Below, in pieces: positions 51,869 through 62,057 of a DNA stretch of 64,000 bases. This DNA is from Candidatus Micrarchaeota archaeon (lineage in GTDB: Archaea; Micrarchaeota; Micrarchaeia; Micrarchaeales; CABMGC01). A model generated the notes under the pieces. The model searched no databases, was not told the DNA's origin, and saw only the letters and a list, made by a program, of their open reading frames with translations. The first letter of the stretch is position 1; every line of letters starts with the position of its first letter. The position numbers were made by a program, and so were the translations under genes. Location of the stretch: assembly GCA_021792095.1 (NCBI GenBank), contig JAJYVH010000001.1, forward strand, positions 509,324 to 573,323, written 5' to 3'.

Positions 51869-52132
51869 ATGGCGAGGAGCATGCCGCACGACAGTTTTGA
51901 CAGGATGCTTGCGTACAACGAAAGGCACGCAGGCTGGATTATCTTCAGGTCGGTCTACTGGGCGATATACCTGCTGCTGCTTGGAGTGATACTGCTCTAC
52001 TACAGCGTGAACAACATTAGCATATCGCTGCAGGTGTTCTTCGGATGGGCGTTCACTGTGCTCGCCTTGATGCTCATAATCTTCGGGGCCGCAGAGACGC
52101 TGCACCACAAGCTGATGCGCAGGTACGGCTGA
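51869..52132 (+). CDS. Small two-TM membrane protein
   Basis: 87 aa with two clear hydrophobic helices. Confidence 0.4.
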   Translation: MARSMPHDSFDRMLAYNERHAGWIIFRSVYWAIYLLLLGVILLYYSVNNISISLQVFFGWAFTVLALMLIIFGAAETLHHKLMRRYG

Positions 52133-52231
52133 ACAGGTTCCAGGCGCAAGCCCGCTGTTTGGTACAGGAGCCTTCATATAGGTTAGTTAGCAATATGTAT
52201 AACCCGCAAGGCTGGAGCTTCGCTGATAAGC

Positions 52232-53392
52232 ATGTGGAAACTGCCGAATATATATGAGAGGAAGGATCTCAGGCCGCTAGTGCTCGTGCCCCTGGTCCTG
52301 CTCGTCATAGGCGCGCTGCTCTCAACACAGATAGTGCTAGACTCGTCGCTGAAGGGCGGGGTCAGCATAACGCTGCAGACCAACGCCACCATTTCGGCAT
52401 CGAAGCTCGCCGGCGAGCTCGGCAGTTTGCTGCACGTGCAGGCGCCGGAGGTGACTACGAGCGCGGGCCAGGTGTCCATAGCGTTCGCCACCAACCAGAG
52501 CCTGGCCGACACTGAGGCGTACCTGCTCCAGTTCTACGCGTACAACGCGAACTACTCCAAGTACCTTGTCAACGCAACAGCAGTTTCGATAGCGCTGCAG
52601 CAGAGCCCCAGCAACGCGACTCTGCTCGCCGAGCTCAGGGCTGCCAATTCTGGCATAAACTCCTCCATGGCGCAGATGCAGGGGGCTGTGGCCAGCGAGC
52701 TGGCCGCCGCGTCGCCCTTCGTGTCGGGCTATAGCGCAGCGGGACTCAACAGCGCCTCGGCCCTGCAGGGAGTGGCGCAGGCCGCGTACACCAACGCGAG
52801 CGACGTCTACAAGCAGCAGGTGGTCGCCGGGCTGCAGAAACTCGTGCCCTTCGCCTCCTACTCGTACCAGCAGGTCACGCCCACGCTGGGCAGCTTCTTC
52901 CTCTCCCAGCTCACGAGCGTGATAATAACGGCCTTCATCCTGGTCTTCATAATCGTGCTCATAATATTCAGGTCTCCGGTGCCCTCGGCCGTCGTGGTCT
53001 TCGGGGCCGCCAACGACATGATAATAGCCCTCGGCGTCATGGGCCTGTTCAAGATACCGCTGGGCGTGGCGAGCATAGCTGGCCTGCTCATGATAATAGG
53101 CTTCGCTATGGACACCGACGTCATGGCAGCCATAAGGATACTCAGGAGGCACGAGGGCGCGCCTGAGGCGCGCGCGTACGGCAGCATGCACACGGGCATA
53201 ACTATGGCGAGCACTGCCATAGTCTCGTTCGGCGTGCTTTTCATAGTGTCCGTGATAGTGTATGTGCCCACGTACTACGAGATAGCGGGAGTCGTGCTGG
53301 CCGGCCTGGTGGGCGACGTCATAACCACGTGGCTCGGCAACGCGCCCATACTGCTGATGTACAAGAGGAGGAAAGAGGGCAGAAGGCTATGA
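52232..53392 (+). CDS. secF: Protein-export membrane protein SecF
   Basis: An N-terminal TM, a periplasmic-type loop and a C-terminal 5-TM SecD/SecF domain. Its stop overlaps the secD start (ATGA). Confidence 0.75.
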   Translation: MWKLPNIYERKDLRPLVLVPLVLLVIGALLSTQIVLDSSLKGGVSITLQTNATISASKLAGELGSLLHVQAPEVTTSAGQVSIAFATNQSLADTEAYLLQFYAYNANYSKYLVNATAVSIALQQSPSNATLLAELRAANSGINSSMAQMQGAVASELAAASPFVSGYSAAGLNSASALQGVAQAAYTNASDVYKQQVVAGLQKLVPFASYSYQQVTPTLGSFFLSQLTSVIITAFILVFIIVLIIFRSPVPSAVVVFGAANDMIIALGVMGLFKIPLGVASIAGLLMIIGFAMDTDVMAAIRILRRHEGAPEARAYGSMHTGITMASTAIVSFGVLFIVSVIVYVPTYYEIAGVVLAGLVGDVITTWLGNAPILLMYKRRKEGRRL

Positions 53393-54984
53393 GCGCGCTA
53401 GCATACCTTAGGGATCCGAGATTCTCGGTGCTCGTGGCCATACTGCTAGTGCTCGCGGTGCTCGTCTACGTGAACCACGGCCTCAACCTTGGCATAGAGT
53501 TCGTAGGCGGGTCTCAGATACCTGTGCAGCTTGAAACCGCAGTGAATCCCGCGACCATGAACAACGTTACTGCAATACTGCAGGAGCGCCTGACGACCTT
53601 CGGGCTCAAGGAGGTCACCGTGGAAGGGATAGGCAATTCCGAGGTGTACGTGACCATACCCAACGCTACCAGCGCCGACGTGCAGCGGATGATAGACGTG
53701 ATAGAGAGCCAGGGAGTCTTCCAGGGGATAGTCGGAGGCAGGGAAGCGATAAACGGCAGCGACATACTGTCGGGCAGCGTTGGCGCGGCGCAGCCCACGC
53801 TGTCCAGCAACGTATCCTGGGCGGTGAGCTTCTACATAACGGCTCCGGCGGCGAGCAAGTTCGCCAAGGTGGTGTTCGGCCAGGCGAACAAGCCGCTGTA
53901 TATGTTCCTGGACAGGCCGACCCGCGCGGCCGTGCTGATAAACTCGTCGGTTGTGTCAGGTGCCGCGACCCAGGCCGGCATAAACCAGACGACGGCGCTG
54001 CAGGACATGCGGCAGGCGATGTCTCTGGGCAACAGGACCATAGCCATAGAGACGTTCGGCCCAGGCCTTGGCAGCGCAGCCGCGGCACTCGCCTTCTTCG
54101 CATCGAACAACGCGCTCTACAGGAATGTGATACTGGCTGACAACACGCCGGCAGGCCTTGCTGCGAACCTGACGGCACTGAACTACACGCTCGACTACGT
54201 CTCTGTGCGCAACATGACGCCCTCATTCTCCAGCGCCACCACGCAGACGGGCGCTGAGACCATGGTGAGCTCCTGGCCCGCGGTGGGCCTCCTGTCGTCG
54301 CCGATCCTGAACCCCGGCATAACCAACGGCACTGTGGAGCAGAGCTACCAGATAAGCGGCTTCGCGCCGTCAACGCTCTCTCCCGAGGCGCAGCTCGCGT
54401 ACGCCACCAACCAGTCCACGCTCGTAACCAGCATACTCAAGGGCGGCGCGCTGCCCGTGCACGTGATAGTCGGCACGCCCACCAGCATACCCGCCACGCT
54501 GGGCGCGAACTCCGAATTCATAAGCATAGCTGCTATAGTTGCCGCTGTGATAGCTGTCTCCATATACATAGCGTTCAGGTACAGGAAGGCGTTCCTGGTC
54601 GTGCCCATACTCTTCACGACGATGGCGGAGCTCTTCATAATACTGTCTATAATAGGCCTCATAGGCACGATCGACCTCTCCGCGGTGGCCGGAATGATAG
54701 CGGTGGTCGGCACCGGCGTAGACGCGCAGATAATAATAACGGACGAGGTGCTCTCCGGCGCCAGCGAGCACACAATAAAGCAGAAGCTGGGCAACGCATT
54801 CTTCATAGTCTGGGCCGACGCCGGCCTGCTGATAGTGGCGATGCTGCCCCTCCTGTTCTCCACCACGCTCATAACTATGATAGGCTTCGCCGAGTCCACT
54901 GTGCTCGGCGTGCTCTTCGGGGCGCTGATAACCAGGCCAGCTTACGGCTATATAATATCTAGGCACTACCTAGCGCCTAGGTGA
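53389..54984 (+). CDS. secD: Protein-export membrane protein SecD
   Basis: Begins MSALAYLRDPRFSVL..., with GIEFVGGSQI and a larger external domain, then the C-terminal 5-TM SecD/SecF domain. Confidence 0.75.
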   Translation: MSALAYLRDPRFSVLVAILLVLAVLVYVNHGLNLGIEFVGGSQIPVQLETAVNPATMNNVTAILQERLTTFGLKEVTVEGIGNSEVYVTIPNATSADVQRMIDVIESQGVFQGIVGGREAINGSDILSGSVGAAQPTLSSNVSWAVSFYITAPAASKFAKVVFGQANKPLYMFLDRPTRAAVLINSSVVSGAATQAGINQTTALQDMRQAMSLGNRTIAIETFGPGLGSAAAALAFFASNNALYRNVILADNTPAGLAANLTALNYTLDYVSVRNMTPSFSSATTQTGAETMVSSWPAVGLLSSPILNPGITNGTVEQSYQISGFAPSTLSPEAQLAYATNQSTLVTSILKGGALPVHVIVGTPTSIPATLGANSEFISIAAIVAAVIAVSIYIAFRYRKAFLVVPILFTTMAELFIILSIIGLIGTIDLSAVAGMIAVVGTGVDAQIIITDEVLSGASEHTIKQKLGNAFFIVWADAGLLIVAMLPLLFSTTLITMIGFAESTVLGVLFGALITRPAYGYIISRHYLAPR

Positions 54985-54988
54985 GGGC

Positions 54989-55660
54989 ATGAAGCACTGC
55001 CCGATCTGCGACAGGACAAGCGACAGGTTCGCTTTCTTCGGCGAGATCTGCGAGGTCTGCGCAGGCAAGAAGCTCAAGGAAAAGCTGCCCTCGGAGGCAA
55101 GCGTGCCCGTCTGCAGGGACTGCGGCAGGATTCGCGTAGCCGGTGTGTTCGTGGAGCCCGGCGGGGCCAGCGTGCAGCGCCTGATCGCGGGCTACGCCAA
55201 GCCTTACAAGGTAAGGCTCATAGCCGCCAGCCACGAGACCGCCAGGGTGAGCGTCACCGACGAGAGCACGGGGCTCAGCGTCGAGCACGACATCAAGCTC
55301 CGTTTCGAGCGCACGCTCTGCGATGACGACAGCAGGAGGAGGGCCGGCTACTACGAGGCGGTCGTGCAGTTCAGGGGGGACGAGGGCAAGGTCGGGCGGG
55401 CCGCGGCAGCCCTGCAGAGGTATGTCGAGCGCAACGGCGGCTTCGTGGCCAAGACGGAGCAGAAGGAGCACGGTATGGACGTGTTCGTGAGCTACAAGAG
55501 GATAGCGCGCGCCTTCCTCGAGGCCAGGCACATTAAGTCCGAGTCCTCGTTCAAGCTGCAGGGTGAGAAGCGCGGCAGGAGGCTGTACAGGAACACCTAT
55601 TTTGTGACTCTGGGATACACTCCGAAGCACGTAGAGGCGCAGGATACCGGCGCGTCGTAG
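54989..55660 (+). CDS. NMD3-family protein (archaeal homolog of the 60S export adaptor)
   Basis: N-terminal Cys pairs CPICD...CEVC...CRDCG, followed by YYEAVVQFRG. Confidence 0.7.
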   Translation: MKHCPICDRTSDRFAFFGEICEVCAGKKLKEKLPSEASVPVCRDCGRIRVAGVFVEPGGASVQRLIAGYAKPYKVRLIAASHETARVSVTDESTGLSVEHDIKLRFERTLCDDDSRRRAGYYEAVVQFRGDEGKVGRAAAALQRYVERNGGFVAKTEQKEHGMDVFVSYKRIARAFLEARHIKSESSFKLQGEKRGRRLYRNTYFVTLGYTPKHVEAQDTGAS

Positions 55661-55738
55661 ATCCTGGAGCAAACGGTGCTTGCATAATCTTTAATAATGT
55701 GCGTTGCGAGATACGAGAGAGTTCGGGCGTGGCTTTCA

Positions 55739-57745
55739 ATGGCCAATAAAAATAGGGGTAAAGGGGCTAGGCGCGTTCGGGCCAAGAGGGCGCAGTCGGC
55801 AGCTGAGTACCTGGTCACTTACAGCTGGGCCATACTGATAGTGGCCGTGGTGGTCGCCGTCCTATACCTGTTCGTCTCAGCGCCGCAGAGGATAGTGCCG
55901 TCGTCATGCGTCTTCAGCGTGGGCGCGTACTGCAACGATCTTGTGTTTGGTTCAAATGCCGTTTCGTCCAGCGTGGCGATGTTCCTTTCGAACAGGGAGA
56001 GCTACCCTATAGCGTATCCCAGCATAGTGCTCAACTACAGCGGCATTGCACCCATAACAGGCACGTGCAAACCCAACCTGGTCCTGCAGGGCGGGGCCAT
56101 AATATGCAACGTCACCATATCGCAGCAGGCAATAGCGCTCGGTGTGCTCGTGTCAGGCAAGCTGTATCTTACGGCCACGCCGTGCCCCAGCGCCAATGCG
56201 CTGTCGTGCCAGGGCGCCACCCCTGAGACGTACGCCGGCACGTTCAACACGCATACGTCTCCGCTGCTCGCCTCGACGCCCACTACAATAACTCTCACAG
56301 TGGCCAACTCCACGCAGGCTGCAGATGGCGCCAGGGACAGGCTCACCGCAGTAGTGAAGATGCTCGGCACCCCTGTGGCCGGAGCCACTGTCAACTTCAC
56401 TATGAACAACAGCATAGCGACTGTGTCGCCGGTTATAACAACCACAGACAGCGCTGGCGACGCGATATCGTACATCTCCAGCACGCATACCGGCAACGTG
56501 CTCGTCACTGCGGCCTTCGCAGGCGAGACGGCCAACGTGCCTGTATTCTTCGTGACTCCTGCAGTCACAACAATTGGCCTTGGTTCCAGCATAGCCGGCA
56601 AGATGTGCAATTCAGGCAACCCCAACCAGGTGGTCGTGACCGTGGACGGCATAAACTATGCGTGCTCCCAGTTGCCTGTAACGCAGGACTGGCAGCCCGG
56701 CTCGCAGCAGACATATGCGTTCACCAGCCCAATAACGAACTCCAGCAACGGCAACATACGTTATGTTTGGAACACTACCTCCGGCTGCAGTGCGACAGGC
56801 GGGCAATCGGGCACGTTCACCGCAGGCTCGTCCGGCTCCAACTGCACAATCACCACCACGTACACCACCCAGTACTACCTAAACAACTACGCCAGCCCCA
56901 GCACTGGCGGCAGCGTCAGCCCGGCGGCGGGCTTCTACAACGCAGGCTCGGTGCTTGCGCTTACTGCAACGGCCAGTTCCAACTACCTCTTCTCGCAGTG
57001 GCAGGGCACAGGCTCCGGCAGCTACACCGGCGTCACCAACCCTGAGAGCATAACGCTGAACGCCCCTGTGATAGAGGAGGCGCAGTTCTCGAACCAGGAG
57101 TCCTCCTCCTCCACCACAACCTACGTCTCTTCGTCCTCCTCCACCACAACCTACGTCTCTTCGTCCTCCTCCACCACAACCTACGTCTCTTCATCCTCCA
57201 CCACAACCTACGTCTCTGCGTCCACCACCACCTACCAGTCCACGACTACTTACCAATCATCCTCCACCACCACCATAATCCCACCCCCTACCTACATCTC
57301 CATCTCATCTTCATCTTCATCCTCAACCACCACCATAATCCCACCCCCTACCTACATCTCCATCTCATCTTCATCCTCCACCACCACCTACCAGTCCACC
57401 ACCACCTACCAGTCCACCACCACCTACCAGTCCTCCTCCACCACCACCTACCAGTCAACCACCACCGTCTCCACAACCGTCACCATCATCACCATCACCA
57501 TACGTGAATCCACCACCACCTACAAGTCAACCACCACCTACCAGTCCTCCACTACCACTACGATATTATACTGCACCAGCGGTACCTATTTTTCTACGTA
57601 CAGCGGTACTTCGTGTTCCTACGACTGTGGCCACCTTGGTGTATGTGATAACATATACTACTGCAGCACCGGAGGCGTAGAAAGCAGTGGTTGCTACGCA
57701 ACGGGCTCGAATACCTGCGCCCCGTCCGGGTGCACAGTAGGGTGA
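55739..57745 (+). CDS. Large surface protein with an archaeal type IV pilin-like (class III) signal peptide, Ig-like domains, a Ser/Thr repeat stalk and a Cys-rich C-terminus
   Basis: The N-terminus is MANKNRGKGARRVRAKRA-QSAAEYLVTYSWAILIVAVVV. A Big_1-like segment reads LTAVVKMLGTPVAGATVNFT, and there is an InlB-B-repeat-like segment. These are followed by SSSTTTYVS/TTTYQS repeats. Confidence 0.7.
   Translation: MANKNRGKGARRVRAKRAQSAAEYLVTYSWAILIVAVVVAVLYLFVSAPQRIVPSSCVFSVGAYCNDLVFGSNAVSSSVAMFLSNRESYPIAYPSIVLNYSGIAPITGTCKPNLVLQGGAIICNVTISQQAIALGVLVSGKLYLTATPCPSANALSCQGATPETYAGTFNTHTSPLLASTPTTITLTVANSTQAADGARDRLTAVVKMLGTPVAGATVNFTMNNSIATVSPVITTTDSAGDAISYISSTHTGNVLVTAAFAGETANVPVFFVTPAVTTIGLGSSIAGKMCNSGNPNQVVVTVDGINYACSQLPVTQDWQPGSQQTYAFTSPITNSSNGNIRYVWNTTSGCSATGGQSGTFTAGSSGSNCTITTTYTTQYYLNNYASPSTGGSVSPAAGFYNAGSVLALTATASSNYLFSQWQGTGSGSYTGVTNPESITLNAPVIEEAQFSNQESSSSTTTYVSSSSSTTTYVSSSSSTTTYVSSSSTTTYVSASTTTYQSTTTYQSSSTTTIIPPPTYISISSSSSSSTTTIIPPPTYISISSSSSTTTYQSTTTYQSTTTYQSSSTTTYQSTTTVSTTVTIITITIRESTTTYKSTTTYQSSTTTTILYCTSGTYFSTYSGTSCSYDCGHLGVCDNIYYCSTGGVESSGCYATGSNTCAPSGCTVG
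57101..57560 (+). repeat. In-frame coding tandem repeats (30-nt SSSTTTYVSS x ~4, ~66-nt SSTTTIIPPPTYISISSSS x 2, 15-nt TTTYQ x several)
   Basis: Direct nucleotide repeats tcctcctccaccacaacctacgtctcttcg run from 57104. A second unit lies at about 57250-57380 and accacctaccagtcc units run to about 57550. Confidence 0.85.
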
Positions 57746-57763
57746 TGCTTGCCGGATTGATGC

Positions 57764-58333
57764 GTGATTAGCATGAAACACAGAATAAGAGCGGTTGCAT
57801 CTATCGTGATACTAGCCGTAATCGTGCTGCTTGTTGTGTACGCGTACAGCACCCTTAGACTTACCACTCAGCCAAGCAGCACGTCAACCACGGCCCTGGC
57901 CTCTAGCATACCTGTTGTAAAGAACTTCTCGTTTCAGTCCACGAGTGCCTACTATCCTCACTACCTCGCGTTTGGCGCGCGCGCGCAAAGCACTTACCTC
58001 TACTCCAACTCCTTGCGCAACTACTCGCTATTGATAAGGAGCATAGCTTATGCAAACTCGTCCATAATGCTGCACCAGTATGCCACCATAACGGCTTACG
58101 GCTCTGCAAATAGCACCATGAGCTATCTTCAGGGATTGCCGGCGAATTCCTCTGGGGTGCAGATAACTAATCCGGCGCAGCACAGTCTCTACTCAATGAC
58201 CAACCACGCGGGCCTGGATGTGATAACAATAACGCTGACCTATGAGGGCAATGCTTTATCGGAGTCGGCTGGGGTCGGCATACTGCTTTCGGCACTCAAT
58301 GCCACATACGCTGCGCTCGCGAGCGGGCAATAG
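57764..58333 (+). CDS. Membrane-anchored exported protein, unknown function
   Basis: 189 aa with an N-terminal TM (AVASIVILAVIVLLVVYAY) and a sequon-rich body. Confidence 0.45.
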   Translation: MISMKHRIRAVASIVILAVIVLLVVYAYSTLRLTTQPSSTSTTALASSIPVVKNFSFQSTSAYYPHYLAFGARAQSTYLYSNSLRNYSLLIRSIAYANSSIMLHQYATITAYGSANSTMSYLQGLPANSSGVQITNPAQHSLYSMTNHAGLDVITITLTYEGNALSESAGVGILLSALNATYAALASGQ

Positions 58334-58361
58334 CCCCTGTGCGGTTCTACTGCTTTACCGG

Positions 58362-59441
58362 CTAATAGAGCACTGAGATGCGCCCTTGAGCGAAATAGTT
58401 GGCCCTATTTCCTGTTACTGGTATGCTGCGCCCGCACTTTGCGCATTTGCTCTCTTTGGTAAGGTTCCACTCTGTTATGCTGAAGCCCAACCTGCCTATG
58501 ACCTTGCTGCCGCAGGCGGGGCAGTAGGTGCTCTCGTACCTGTTGCCGGGCGCATTGCCTACGTACACATAATTCAGCCCGTTCTTCCTTGCCACGTCGT
58601 AGTGCCTTTTCAGCGTGGCGTAGGGTGTTTCAGGATACTCGAGCATCTTGTAGTCTGGGTGGAAGCGCGTGAACTGGGTCGGCGTGTCCGGACCGATGTT
58701 CTTCGCTATCCACTTTGTGAGCGAGTCGCACGCTTCCAGGGAGTCGCCGACCCGCGGTACTATCAGGTCCGTTACCTCTATGTGCATTCCTGCCTTCTTC
58801 AGCTCCAGCAACGCTTCCTTGATGGGCTCCTCCGTCGCTACGGCCTCGTACCTGTTCGCGAACTTCTGCTCGCTGTTGCCCTTGAAGTCCACCACAATGG
58901 CGTCCACGAGCCCCTTCATCTCATGCACGGCCTCCTTTGTCAGGTAGCCGTTGCTGACCCACAGATTCTTCAGCCCTTTCCTGTGCGCCAGCCTCGCTAT
59001 ATCCAGCGCGTACTCTATGAATATGGCTGGCTCGTTGTACGTGCACGCTATGCTCTGCGCTCCGTATTCGAGCGCCAATTCCACCGCCCTTTCGGGCTCC
59101 AGCTCTGCGCCCTGTATGTCGCGCTCCTTGCTTATGCTGTGGTTCTGGCAGAAGAGGCAGCCGAAGTTGCACGAGCTGGTCCCTATGCCTAGCACGCGAG
59201 TGCCCGGCATGAAGTGGTTGAAAGGCTTCTTCTCTATCGGGTCTATCTGCACCGCCTCGGCGAGGCCGTAGTTGGCGAGGTAGAGTCTGCCGCCCCTGTT
59301 CCGCCTCACGAAGCAGAAACCATGGGAGCCTTCGGGTATCTTGCAGAGCCTGGCGCAGGCTGTGCACTCCACTCTCTTTCCCCCGAGCCGCCTGTAAAGG
59401 ACCGCTTCCTTCTCCACGCCCTGTACTTGCGCTCTCGGCAT
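58362..59441 (-). CDS. Radical SAM activase-type enzyme (AmmeMemoRadiSam / PFL-activase-like)
   Basis: CNFGCLFCQN (CX3CX2C), plus N- and C-terminal Cys pairs (CTACARLC and CPACG...CAKCG). Confidence 0.75.
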   Translation of the reverse strand: MPRAQVQGVEKEAVLYRRLGGKRVECTACARLCKIPEGSHGFCFVRRNRGGRLYLANYGLAEAVQIDPIEKKPFNHFMPGTRVLGIGTSSCNFGCLFCQNHSISKERDIQGAELEPERAVELALEYGAQSIACTYNEPAIFIEYALDIARLAHRKGLKNLWVSNGYLTKEAVHEMKGLVDAIVVDFKGNSEQKFANRYEAVATEEPIKEALLELKKAGMHIEVTDLIVPRVGDSLEACDSLTKWIAKNIGPDTPTQFTRFHPDYKMLEYPETPYATLKRHYDVARKNGLNYVYVGNAPGNRYESTYCPACGSKVIGRLGFSITEWNLTKESKCAKCGRSIPVTGNRANYFAQGRISVLY

Positions 59442-59443
59442 AT

Positions 59444-60115
59444 TTATTGCTTGCTCCGCAGCTCCGCCCTGTCTATCACGTAGACGCCCCCGATTCCCGC
59501 CTTCTCCACGTGCGCCTCCCGCACCTCTATCCTCTTCTTGAACAAAGGGGCGTCTAGCACGAACGTCTCGGCCTCCCCTCCCTCGAAGAGCATGTTTATG
59601 CCGTACTTCCTGCTTGCCTCCCTCAGCCTCTCCGCCATTCCGGCGTCGAGGCGCTTCCCGAGCAGCTCTGTGCCGAGGCCCTCCGCGGACACTGATGTTA
59701 TGATCGCATCGAAGCTGTCCGATATCTCGCGCAGCTCCCTTTCGGGCTCCACGTGCCAGAGCGGGGCCACGTGCTCTATGCCCAGCCTCTTTGCGATTGC
59801 GTTTATCCTGTCCGCCTGGTACCTGCTAGACGTTGCCCCGGTGACGAGCAGCCTCACATCGTTCTCGGACAGCGCCCTCTCCAGGTCGTCGAGCTCCCTT
59901 TCCTTCTCGCCCGCCGTCTCTACGAACACGTGCGGGATTTCCAGGGCCTCCGCCTGCAGTCCTGTCATGCCGACGTTGGGGTAGTGGAACATGTAGCTTT
60001 CCCTGTTCGCGCTCCGCATCGTTATCAGAAGGTCTATGCCTATCCCAAGCCGCACGGCCTCGTGGAGCGCCAGCGTCGAATCCTTACCGCCGCTGAACAG
60101 GCAAGCGTTTGTCAT
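59444..60115 (-). CDS. PP-loop ATPase of the MJ0570/Dph6 (diphthine-ammonia ligase) family
   Basis: CLFSGGKDST (SGGKDS PP-loop); 223 aa. Confidence 0.75.
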   Translation of the reverse strand: MTNACLFSGGKDSTLALHEAVRLGIGIDLLITMRSANRESYMFHYPNVGMTGLQAEALEIPHVFVETAGEKERELDDLERALSENDVRLLVTGATSSRYQADRINAIAKRLGIEHVAPLWHVEPERELREISDSFDAIITSVSAEGLGTELLGKRLDAGMAERLREASRKYGINMLFEGGEAETFVLDAPLFKKRIEVREAHVEKAGIGGVYVIDRAELRSKQ

Positions 60116-60119
60116 GCGA

Positions 60120-62057
60120 TCATCCGGGCCGCTTCTCTATGTCGAACTTGCTTAGGGTGCGCATGCGCCTGCTGGCGAACGGCCTGAACTCCCTGCCGTT
60201 CCCGGAGAAGAACTTGGAGAAGAACTCCACGTAGATGAGCCTCGCCCCCTGTATGCCGGGCTCGAAGATCGCTATGAGCATGTTGAAGAGCTGGCCTATC
60301 ACCAGTATGGCTATGCCCACCGCGCCCAGCAGGATCGAATGCTGTATGCCCTTCAGGAAGATGAGGTCTATGACCTCCGCGAGTATGACAGATGCGAGCA
60401 GTATGCCCACCAGCCTGGTGTACGAGAGTATGTGGCTTATGAGCGATGGCAGTTCCATCAGCGCCTCGAAGCCCTCCCCGTAGAGCACAGTCGCCATGCC
60501 CCCGACCAGGAGCGCGTACGCCAGTATTGCGAGCGGGTTCGAAAGGCCCAGGGGCTGCGCGTGCAGCACTGCCAGCCCCAGTATCACTATCGCCCATGCG
60601 GCCGCGAGCCAGCCCAGCTTGGCCGCCGCCTTCTTAGTCTCGCCGGCGGCCATCCTGTTGAGGAAGCCGAGCGCGAAGCCGAAGGAGACCATGAACACGC
60701 CTATCCACCCGGATATGACGAGCAGCGTAGCCACGTTCGCAGTGACCGAGAACGGCGCCGTGTAGGGCAGCTGGAAGCCGAAATACTCGTTGAAGAGCAC
60801 CCCCAGGGCGATTGCTATCACCGAGCCCGGTATTATGGACCTCATTACCGTGTTGAGGCCGTTGTTGCTTATTATGGTGTGGACGAATCCGGAGAGCGCT
60901 TTAGGTATCCTGCTCTTCTTAGGCGGGTGGGCAAGCCTCCTGTTGAGCCATACGGCCCCGAGCAGGAACGCTGCGCCGTAGCCGACGTCGCCTATCATGA
61001 GCCCGAAGAATATGGGGAACACTATCGCAAATATGAGCGTGGGGTCGACTTCGTCGCTCCTGGGCAGAGAGTAGAACCTTATGAAGAACTCGTAGAGCCT
61101 CGCATTCACGGGGTTCTCGAGCTTTGTGGGCGGCAGGGCGTCGGTCCTTACGTTTTCCATAACGAATGCATTGCTAGTTATGCGGCCTACCTCGTGGCTG
61201 AGCCGGTGCACGCTCTCCTCCGGCACCCAGCCGTCTATGGCCACTATCGACCTCCCTATGCCGAGCCTCGCCGTTATCTCCTGCTTCTCCACCTCAAGGT
61301 CCAGCTGCTCCCTTATCGCGCTCACCTCCGGGTAGTATTCTTTGGATATGCGCTCCAGCTCTTCCTCGAACACTCGCTGCCGCCTGCGGTTGTCGGCGAC
61401 CGCCTTTTCTAGCGCCTGCAGTTCCGCTTCCGCGGTTCCTGACAGCTTGGGCACCGGTTCGACGTGCAGTTTCGTGCCTTCCACGAGCTTGCTGAACTTC
61501 GCCTGGTCCGACTTGTCTATGCAGACGAGGACCGACGCGGTCCCGGCGAGCACTATCGCGTCGCCGAGCTCCTTCGGCGCAGTGGCCGCGAACTCGTTGA
61601 TGTGCTGTCCCGTGACAAGGAACGACGCTATCCTGCTTGTTGTGAGCATGGACAGGTCCTGCGTGAAAGCGGCGGGCATGTGCTTCAGCGTAGCTATGTT
61701 CCTAAGGACAAGGTTGGTGTCGGCGCTTATGTCGTCGATACGCTTCCTTACGTGCGCCACTTCCTTGTCTATCTTTATGCTGTCCGCCTTCTCGAGCAAC
61801 TCGTCGATGCTTTCGAACCTGTACTTCGCGTCCGATTCGCTCCTGTACAATTGGCTCTCGAGGCCCCTGAAGCGTTGCGCATAGTCACCTATCTGCCCGC
61901 GCCCGTAGCCATCGCCTTTGTTGAGCAGGGCAGCAGCCTCGGCCGGCACGTATTCGATCTGCATCACGCCCATGTCGTGCAGTATGGTAAGGACGCGCTC
62001 GGAGTGCCCCTTGGAGAACACGAGCCTTATCCTTCGCATCTTCGCCGGCTTCAGCAT
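60120..62057 (-). CDS. atpI: A/V-type ATP synthase subunit I
   Basis: 645 aa starting MLKPAKMRRIRLV. The N-terminal half is cytoplasmic coiled-coil and the C-terminal half is multi-TM with the conserved Arg region (SYTRLVGILLAS). Confidence 0.85.
   Translation of the reverse strand: MLKPAKMRRIRLVFSKGHSERVLTILHDMGVMQIEYVPAEAAALLNKGDGYGRGQIGDYAQRFRGLESQLYRSESDAKYRFESIDELLEKADSIKIDKEVAHVRKRIDDISADTNLVLRNIATLKHMPAAFTQDLSMLTTSRIASFLVTGQHINEFAATAPKELGDAIVLAGTASVLVCIDKSDQAKFSKLVEGTKLHVEPVPKLSGTAEAELQALEKAVADNRRRQRVFEEELERISKEYYPEVSAIREQLDLEVEKQEITARLGIGRSIVAIDGWVPEESVHRLSHEVGRITSNAFVMENVRTDALPPTKLENPVNARLYEFFIRFYSLPRSDEVDPTLIFAIVFPIFFGLMIGDVGYGAAFLLGAVWLNRRLAHPPKKSRIPKALSGFVHTIISNNGLNTVMRSIIPGSVIAIALGVLFNEYFGFQLPYTAPFSVTANVATLLVISGWIGVFMVSFGFALGFLNRMAAGETKKAAAKLGWLAAAWAIVILGLAVLHAQPLGLSNPLAILAYALLVGGMATVLYGEGFEALMELPSLISHILSYTRLVGILLASVILAEVIDLIFLKGIQHSILLGAVGIAILVIGQLFNMLIAIFEPGIQGARLIYVEFFSKFFSGNGREFRPFASRRMRTLSKFDIEKRPG

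Noticed and set aside
57101-57560. Ser/Thr-coding nucleotide repeats as an independent satellite or CRISPR-like element
   Set aside because: The repeats are in frame inside one long ORF and encode a coherent low-complexity stalk.
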